Shown: one piece after another, positions 58,606 to 64,000 of the stretch
Layout: each line of letters starts with the position of its first letter
Numbering within the stretch: the stretch's first letter is position 1
Assembly: GCA_036834125.1 (NCBI GenBank)
Contig: DAITOK010000002.1
Coordinates: 49,382-113,381, forward strand
Direction of reading: 5' to 3'
Length of the DNA: 64,000 bases
Source: Chloroflexota bacterium
Lineage (GTDB): Bacteria; Chloroflexota; Dehalococcoidia; GIF9; AB-539-J10
Translations under genes and position numbers: made by a program
The notes under the pieces: generated by a model
Database searches by the model: none
Told to the model about the DNA's origin: nothing
What the model saw: the letters and a program-made list of their open reading frames with translations, nothing else

Positions 58606-59484
58606 TCACCTACTTAGCTCGATTCTATCAATAACAAACTCCTTGGCATCAACTAGCAGGATTTGGTTGCGTACAGATATGCCGACCCCAGTTATAATCT
58701 TGATTATCTCCTGAACTTCGAGTGCCGCAATCATGGCTGCTGTGGCAGGAGGATTGCCAATCGTGGTTTCTATGCCTTGTTCGGGCGTGGTATCCGAGGA
58801 GGAATCATAAAGCGAAGATAAACCAACGTCTTGAGGAAAAATAGTCATGAGTTGTCCGCTGAACCCAGCTATTGAGGCGTAGACATAAGGAATGCCCAGC
58901 TCACGGCAAGCCTGCTCAACAACCAGGCGCGACGGCAAGTTATCCAGCCCATCAGCTACGACATCGGCATCACTAAGGAGATTACGGGCATTCTCCCGGG
59001 TCAATCTTTGGCGGAATGCCGTAACCTTGATTGCTGAATTTATCCTGGCAACTCTTCTTGCCGCTATAGTCACCTTATATTTGCCCAGATTCTGTTCTGT
59101 GGACATAATCTGTCTGTTCAAATTCTGTTCTGCGAAGCGGTCGTCATCAATAATAATTAGATGCCCCGTTCCGTGTCTGGCTAGCAACTCAATAACAGCG
59201 CTGCCCAAGCCTCCTGCTCCTACTACGGCTACAGTTGACTGTAGGAGCTTAATTTGTCCATCCAGACCAATTGTCCCTATATTGCGGAGATAGCGTCGGG
59301 GCACAATCCCTTGTTGCAATGCTGTTATTTCCACTTCCTTCGCTGACATCCCTAAAGAATTGGCTATAGATGCCTCGGTTTTTAAGCTGATAACGAGCAC
59401 CTCTTTCCCGTCGGGAGCGATACATACTTCTGCCGATTGAGCGATATGCCGGCTAATCTCTTTGTCGGTCTTATTGTTTTTCAC
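58606..59484 (-). CDS. ThiF/MoeB/HesA family adenylyltransferase lacking Zn-binding cysteines
   Basis: RYLRNI, VVGAGGLG, DDD...NLNRQ and DGLDN motifs. Confidence 0.9.
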   Translation of the reverse strand: MKNNKTDKEISRHIAQSAEVCIAPDGKEVLVISLKTEASIANSLGMSAKEVEITALQQGIVPRRYLRNIGTIGLDGQIKLLQSTVAVVGAGGLGSAVIELLARHGTGHLIIIDDDRFAEQNLNRQIMSTEQNLGKYKVTIAARRVARINSAIKVTAFRQRLTRENARNLLSDADVVADGLDNLPSRLVVEQACRELGIPYVYASIAGFSGQLMTIFPQDVGLSSLYDSSSDTTPEQGIETTIGNPPATAAMIAALEVQEIIKIITGVGISVRNQILLVDAKEFVIDRIELSR

Positions 59485-59571
59485 TAAGCCACCTTTACCG
59501 CCTGTACAATATGTACCCTATATAAATTATAATATGTTAAGAAGCAAATTAGGGAAGGGAGATTAGGACAG

Positions 59572-59940
59572 GTGAATGAAGTCAAAGTAAAGGAAGGGCA
59601 GGAACTTAACGGTCTGGGGATAATGCTCAAGCAGATTATTGACGCTAACCTTAAGGATCCCAGGAAATTTGAGAGTGTCAGGAATGTGAGGGGAAGCGTA
59701 GTCATCAGGGAGGCAACTTCTGGTGTAGCCGTTACATTGCATCTCAATAGGGGCGACTTGGAGTTGGAGAACGATGCCATCGCCAAGCCCACGGCATCCA
59801 TGGAAGCCGGGTTTGAGAATCTGGCATATATCAGCTCTGGTCAACTCAATCCGGTGGTCGCCATATTCACAGGTAAGCTTAAGTCTAGAGGTAATTTATT
59901 CCTGCTGCTCAAGCTGTCCAAAATAATGGTGCTGAAATAG
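59572..59940 (+). CDS. SCP2 sterol-binding-domain protein
   Basis: C-terminal NPVVAIFTGKLKSRGN typical of SCP2. Confidence 0.7.
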   Translation: MNEVKVKEGQELNGLGIMLKQIIDANLKDPRKFESVRNVRGSVVIREATSGVAVTLHLNRGDLELENDAIAKPTASMEAGFENLAYISSGQLNPVVAIFTGKLKSRGNLFLLLKLSKIMVLK

Positions 59941-59964
59941 GACAATCTGCGTTGGGGCAGGCTT

Positions 59965-59997
59965 TGATATAATGTTCATTTCATAAAATGATATAAT
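59965..59997 (+). promoter_or_regulatory. Two extended -10 elements TGATATAAT, 24 bp apart
   Basis: At 59965-59973 and 59989-59997. Confidence 0.45.
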
Positions 59998-60029
59998 TGA
60001 GTACTAAGAATCCACGGGAGGAGGTAAGA

Positions 60030-60440
60030 ATGGCTATTTTATTTGGAACCCAAGAATGGGTAGATGCTTTGAAGGATGCACTGAAGAAGAGCCAGGCATA
60101 TAAGGAGGCAGCCAAGAATTGGGAAGGAGATTTGTACATCATTGTGGAACCTGACGCGGCGTACAAGAATAGGCACATTCTGTATCTGGATCTATGGCAT
60201 GGCGAGTGTCGTGAGGCTCGCGTGATTACAGACGAAAATGAAAAGTCTCCGAAGTACCGCATTTCTGGCCCGTTTACCAGCATGAAGCAAATACTGGACA
60301 AGAAAGTTGACCCGGTCCAGTCCATGATGACTGGCAAGATCAAGGTCAAAGGCGACATGGCTCAAATAATGAAGATGCCCCGAGCCGCCGTGGAGCTGGT
60401 CAATTGTATGACCGCATTTGAGACAGTGTTCCCTAGCTAG
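60030..60440 (+). CDS. SCP2 sterol-binding-domain protein
   Basis: FGTQEW, Y..AAKNWEGD, LDLWHGEC and DPVQSMMTGKIKVKGDM motifs; start taken at ATG 60030. Confidence 0.85.
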   Translation: MAILFGTQEWVDALKDALKKSQAYKEAAKNWEGDLYIIVEPDAAYKNRHILYLDLWHGECREARVITDENEKSPKYRISGPFTSMKQILDKKVDPVQSMMTGKIKVKGDMAQIMKMPRAAVELVNCMTAFETVFPS

Positions 60441-60522
60441 CCGTTCAACCCATGTGACAATATGGGCTGCCAGTAGCAATCAATCTATCTGGAGAAGACG
60501 AGTTAGCTGAAAGGATATAGAT

Positions 60523-61689
60523 ATGTGGTATTTTGTTGCTCCTCAGGTCGTTTTTGGACAGGACGCGCTGAGTCATCTGGCTCAATTGAAAGGTAAACTT
60601 GCATTCATCGTTACTGACAAGAACATTGTTAAGCTTGGGATTGTTGACAAGGTCAAAGAACAACTCTCTCAAGCAGGGATAGGAGCTACGGTTTTTGATG
60701 AAGTTGAGCCTGACCCATCGCTGCAGACCGTGGAGAAAGGCGTAGCCCTGATGAATAGCTGTGCGCCAGATCTAGTTGTTGCCGTCGGCGGAGGCTCAGT
60801 TATGGATGCAGCTAAGGCGATGAGGGTGCAATACGAAAGGCCAGATATCAGACCCGAGGAGATTAACCCATTTATTTCAGACCTGGGTCTCGGTAGGAAG
60901 TGCAAGCTTGTTTGCATTTCTACAACTTCGGGTACCGGTGCCGAGGCAACCTTTGCCATCGTGCTGACTGATACAACGGACCAGAGGAAGCTGAGTCTTA
61001 TCAACCGTGAGATTGTGCCCGATATCGCTATTGTGGACCCAGAACTAGCAAGAGGAATGCCTCCGCAAATCACAGCGGACACCGGTATGGACGTGTTGAC
61101 CCATGCTGTTGAAGGATTCATCTGTACATGGAAAAATGACTTCACTGATGGTCTCTGTCTTAAGGCTTTACAGCTCGTTTTCCAATATCTTCCCAGGGCG
61201 GTGAGAGACGGAAATGATATGGAAGCCAGGGAAAAGATGCATAATGCGGCTTGTATTGCAGGTATTGGCTTCATCAACGCGCTGACAGCTATGGCTCATG
61301 CCGCTGGTCATTCCTGGGGTGCTTTGTTCCATATTCCTCATGGCAGGGCGGTAGGCTTGTTTTTGCCTTATACTATTGAGTTCATCGGCGAGGCTCGTGA
61401 GGAGCTCTGGTCAGAGATAGCTTATGCTATCAAACTCCGAGTGCCTGAAGGCGAAAGAGCCGGTAAAGTTTTGGTTCAAGCTATACGGGAACTGGCTCGC
61501 AATATCAATCAACCGTTGAACATCAAAGAAACCGGTATTCCATCGGAGAGTTTTCAGAAAGCTATTCCCAAGCTAATAGATAATGTCATGGCTGATGGTT
61601 CGCTCATCGTCTCCCCCAGAATACCCGATGCTACAGAAGCTGAGAAGTTTTTCCAGTATGCATACGAAGGTAAAAGCATAGATTTCTAG
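60523..61689 (+). CDS. Iron-containing alcohol dehydrogenase
   Basis: GGGSVMDAAK, TTSGTGAE, DVLTHAVE, AHA.GH and HGRA motifs. Confidence 0.93.
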   Translation: MWYFVAPQVVFGQDALSHLAQLKGKLAFIVTDKNIVKLGIVDKVKEQLSQAGIGATVFDEVEPDPSLQTVEKGVALMNSCAPDLVVAVGGGSVMDAAKAMRVQYERPDIRPEEINPFISDLGLGRKCKLVCISTTSGTGAEATFAIVLTDTTDQRKLSLINREIVPDIAIVDPELARGMPPQITADTGMDVLTHAVEGFICTWKNDFTDGLCLKALQLVFQYLPRAVRDGNDMEAREKMHNAACIAGIGFINALTAMAHAAGHSWGALFHIPHGRAVGLFLPYTIEFIGEAREELWSEIAYAIKLRVPEGERAGKVLVQAIRELARNINQPLNIKETGIPSESFQKAIPKLIDNVMADGSLIVSPRIPDATEAEKFFQYAYEGKSIDF

Positions 61690-61748
61690 CTCCGCTGGAA
61701 CTTGGTTGTTGATTCCGAAGATTCCGGGGCTGCAAGGAGGTAAGGAAT

Positions 61749-62012
61749 ATGGCACGTTTCATGGTCGTTCATAAAGCACCGTTCACCGAGGAGGAGTTGA
61801 TTGCCCGCGCCAAAGCTGCACCCAATTATTTGCCGGAAGGCGTCTCCTGGATACGCAGTTACTGCGATTTCAAGGGAAACACGCATTTCTGTGAATGGGA
61901 AGCACCTGACGAGAAGCTGTTGAAGCGAATCCTCAACTTGACGCAGGCGCCATTTGAGACAATCCATCGGGTGCGACGAATGGACGCTATCAAAGCCAAA
62001 TTCGAGGAATGA
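61749..62012 (+). CDS. DUF4242 (SCO4226-like) small protein
   Basis: GVSWIRSY....FCEWEAPD pattern. Confidence 0.65.
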   Translation: MARFMVVHKAPFTEEELIARAKAAPNYLPEGVSWIRSYCDFKGNTHFCEWEAPDEKLLKRILNLTQAPFETIHRVRRMDAIKAKFEE

Positions 62013-62057
62013 CTTGGGTTGCCCCGGTCCTTATGGGCGAACGAAAGGAGGACAGAC

Positions 62058-63914
62058 ATGTTCGGTTATATGGGGCAGATACTGAGGGTTGATTTATCAA
62101 GCGGCAGGCTATCCAAAGAGGCTCTCAAAGAGCAGGATTGTAAGATGTTCCTGGGGGGTAGCGGACTGGCAACGAAATATCTTTTCGACGAAGTGCCCAA
62201 GGGCACCGATCCCCTGAGTCCTGACAATAGGCTAATTCTTATGACTGGTCCTTTGACGGGCACGGAATCACCGAGCGCTGGCAGGTACTGTGCGGTTACC
62301 AAATCGCCTCTAACTGGTCTGTGGGGAGAAGCAAACTCTGGGGGCACCTGGGGAGTGTATCTAAAGAACTCCGGCTTCGATGGAATTATTTTTGAGGGTG
62401 TGTCGCCACAGCCGGTGTATTTGGTAATAGATGACGGGAAAGCGGAATTGAAGGATGCTAAGGCTTTGTGGGGCAAGGGCGTTGGTGAGACTACCAGAAC
62501 AATCAGAGACGAACTGGGGGATGCCTTTAACATTGCCTGCATTGGCATCGCCGGTGAAAACTTGGTCAGGTACGCAGGCATCTTCAATGATGTTCATCGT
62601 CCTGCCGGCAGATGTGGTGTCGGCACAGTAATGGGTTCAAAGCGGTTAAAGGCAGTGGCTGCCGGAGGGGCGCAGGAGATCAAAGTAGCTAGTAAGGAAG
62701 CCTTCAGCCAGATCTCTAAGAGAAATTACGACCTGGTCAATGAAAGCCTGCTGAAGATTACATTGGAAACCTACGGGACGGCTATGGTTACCGATCTGGT
62801 GAATGTGAGGGGAGGATTTCCTACCAGGAACTGGCAGACTGGTGTGTTTCCGGACATAGATAAGATAAGCGGGGTGACGATGGCAAATACCCTCCTGGTG
62901 GACAGAAAGCATTGCTATGCCTGTCCTATTAGCTGCGGTCGGGTAACAGTCGTCAGGAGTGGTCCTTATGCCTGTAAAGGAGAAGGTCCAGAATTTGAGA
63001 CGATCGGTGCCTTCGGTGGGATGTGTGCGCTAGATAATCTTGAAGCGGTGACGCTGGCACATAACTTGTGCGATGAATACGGATTGGATGTGATTTCCAC
63101 AGGGAGCACGATAGCATTTGCCATAGAATGCTATGAGAAAGGGATATTGACCAAGTCCGACACCGATGGATTGGAACTGAGATTCGGTGAGCCAGATGCT
63201 GTCATTCAGCTCATACACAAAATAGCCAAAAGGGAAGGTATCGGCGACTTGTTAGCCGAAGGAACCAGAAGAGCGGCAGCAAGGCTGAACAGGGGTGCGG
63301 AAAGGTTTGCTATGCACGTAAAGGGATTGGAGTTGCCGGCTTACGATCCACGAGCCGCCAAGATATGCGGCCTGGCATTCGTCACGGCTAATCGTGGCGG
63401 CGATCACATTACAGCCTATGTTGAAGGTCCAGCTTTTGTAGACACACCGTTCCTCTGCGTTGAGAATAGCAAAATTGAAGATTGGATGGTGGAAAATCCT
63501 GCCGAAGCCAAGGTTGTCAAAGACCTTGAGGATGCCCTCACGGTTTTTGATTGTATGGGGGTGTGCAAGTTCATGGGCATGGCGCTGGCTGCCGAAGACT
63601 GGGTGGATATGATAGCCAATTGTGTTGGCTGGGAGCTCAGCGTCAGCGATTTCCGAAAAATCGGCGAAAGAGTTTATAACCTGGCTAGGGCTTTCAATGT
63701 CAGGGAAGGACTGACCAGAGCGGATGACACCTTGCCGAAGCGATTGCTTGAGGATCCATTACCCGAAGGCGCCGCACAGGGGCATACCATGAAAAGGTTG
63801 GACGAATCACTGGATGCCTATTATGAGTTTCGTGGCTGGGATAAGAACACAGGAAAGCCGACCCCGGAAAAACTCAAGGAGCTGGGTCTGGATTATGTGA
63901 TAGACAGGATATAG
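62058..63914 (+). CDS. aor: Aldehyde:ferredoxin oxidoreductase (tungstopterin AOR family)
   Basis: KSPLTG, GRCGVGTVMGSK, GPEFET, DVISTG, NRGGDH and DCMGVCKF motifs; start ATG 62058 with SD AAAGGAGG. Confidence 0.94.
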   Translation: MFGYMGQILRVDLSSGRLSKEALKEQDCKMFLGGSGLATKYLFDEVPKGTDPLSPDNRLILMTGPLTGTESPSAGRYCAVTKSPLTGLWGEANSGGTWGVYLKNSGFDGIIFEGVSPQPVYLVIDDGKAELKDAKALWGKGVGETTRTIRDELGDAFNIACIGIAGENLVRYAGIFNDVHRPAGRCGVGTVMGSKRLKAVAAGGAQEIKVASKEAFSQISKRNYDLVNESLLKITLETYGTAMVTDLVNVRGGFPTRNWQTGVFPDIDKISGVTMANTLLVDRKHCYACPISCGRVTVVRSGPYACKGEGPEFETIGAFGGMCALDNLEAVTLAHNLCDEYGLDVISTGSTIAFAIECYEKGILTKSDTDGLELRFGEPDAVIQLIHKIAKREGIGDLLAEGTRRAAARLNRGAERFAMHVKGLELPAYDPRAAKICGLAFVTANRGGDHITAYVEGPAFVDTPFLCVENSKIEDWMVENPAEAKVVKDLEDALTVFDCMGVCKFMGMALAAEDWVDMIANCVGWELSVSDFRKIGERVYNLARAFNVREGLTRADDTLPKRLLEDPLPEGAAQGHTMKRLDESLDAYYEFRGWDKNTGKPTPEKLKELGLDYVIDRI

Positions 63915-63925
63915 ACGGTGAAGTT

Positions 63926-64000
63926 ATGGCTAGCGTGTCTGACAAACCCTGGCTGAAACAATACAGGATGGGTCCTTATAAGCTCCCGCATACCAAAGAG
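63926..64000 (+). CDS. 5' end of probable long-chain acyl-CoA synthetase; runs off window
   Basis: MASVSDKPWLKQY...; KPWLK.Y is a typical FadD-like N-terminus. Only 25 codons are visible. Confidence 0.45.
   Translation, partial: MASVSDKPWLKQYRMGPYKLPHTKE

Noticed and set aside
1-64000. CRISPR arrays, tRNA/rRNA genes, IS/transposase or integrase genes
   Set aside because: No regularly spaced repeats, cloverleaf/rRNA signatures or DDE/tyrosine-recombinase ORFs were recognised by eye; tRNAscan-SE and ISEScan would be decisive.

Overview
Mostly core-metabolism DNA from an anaerobic bacterium. It is most plausibly a Dehalococcoidia (Chloroflexota); this is an inference from a division cluster reduced to mraZ-rsmH-ftsA-ftsZ with no peptidoglycan genes, a double-length HisG and many archaeal-like genes. 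Core content in order: LivK-type binding lipoproteins, nadA, two metal/arsenic-type permeases, iscSU, cutA, a sulfide-assimilation cluster (thi4, DUF39, NIL-ferredoxin, UPF0280), pyrD, methylmalonyl-CoA mutase/epimerase, nfeD-SPFH, hisZGDCB, mscS, glutaminyl cyclase, proA/proB, a PyrR-attenuated pyr/car operon, trmD-rplS-priA, and a tungsten-AOR/Fe-ADH/SCP2 operon running off the right edge. Main accessory or unusual elements: (i) an AT-rich ~1.9 kb insert encoding a secreted large-bacteriocin-like protein, followed by one intact and one frameshifted copy of a 58-aa two-TM gene missing from the ORF track; (ii) PyrB fused to a PyrI zinc domain plus a cysteine-less Ada-like domain; (iii) a stranded carB 5' remnant marking the purC-sua5 insertion; (iv) a decayed ThaI-like R-M pair between proB and proA; (v) a PIG-A-like GT4/deacetylase/flippase/methylase cluster; (vi) strong N-glycosylation sequon enrichment in a binding lipoprotein. 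No tRNA, rRNA, CRISPR array or transposase was recognised.
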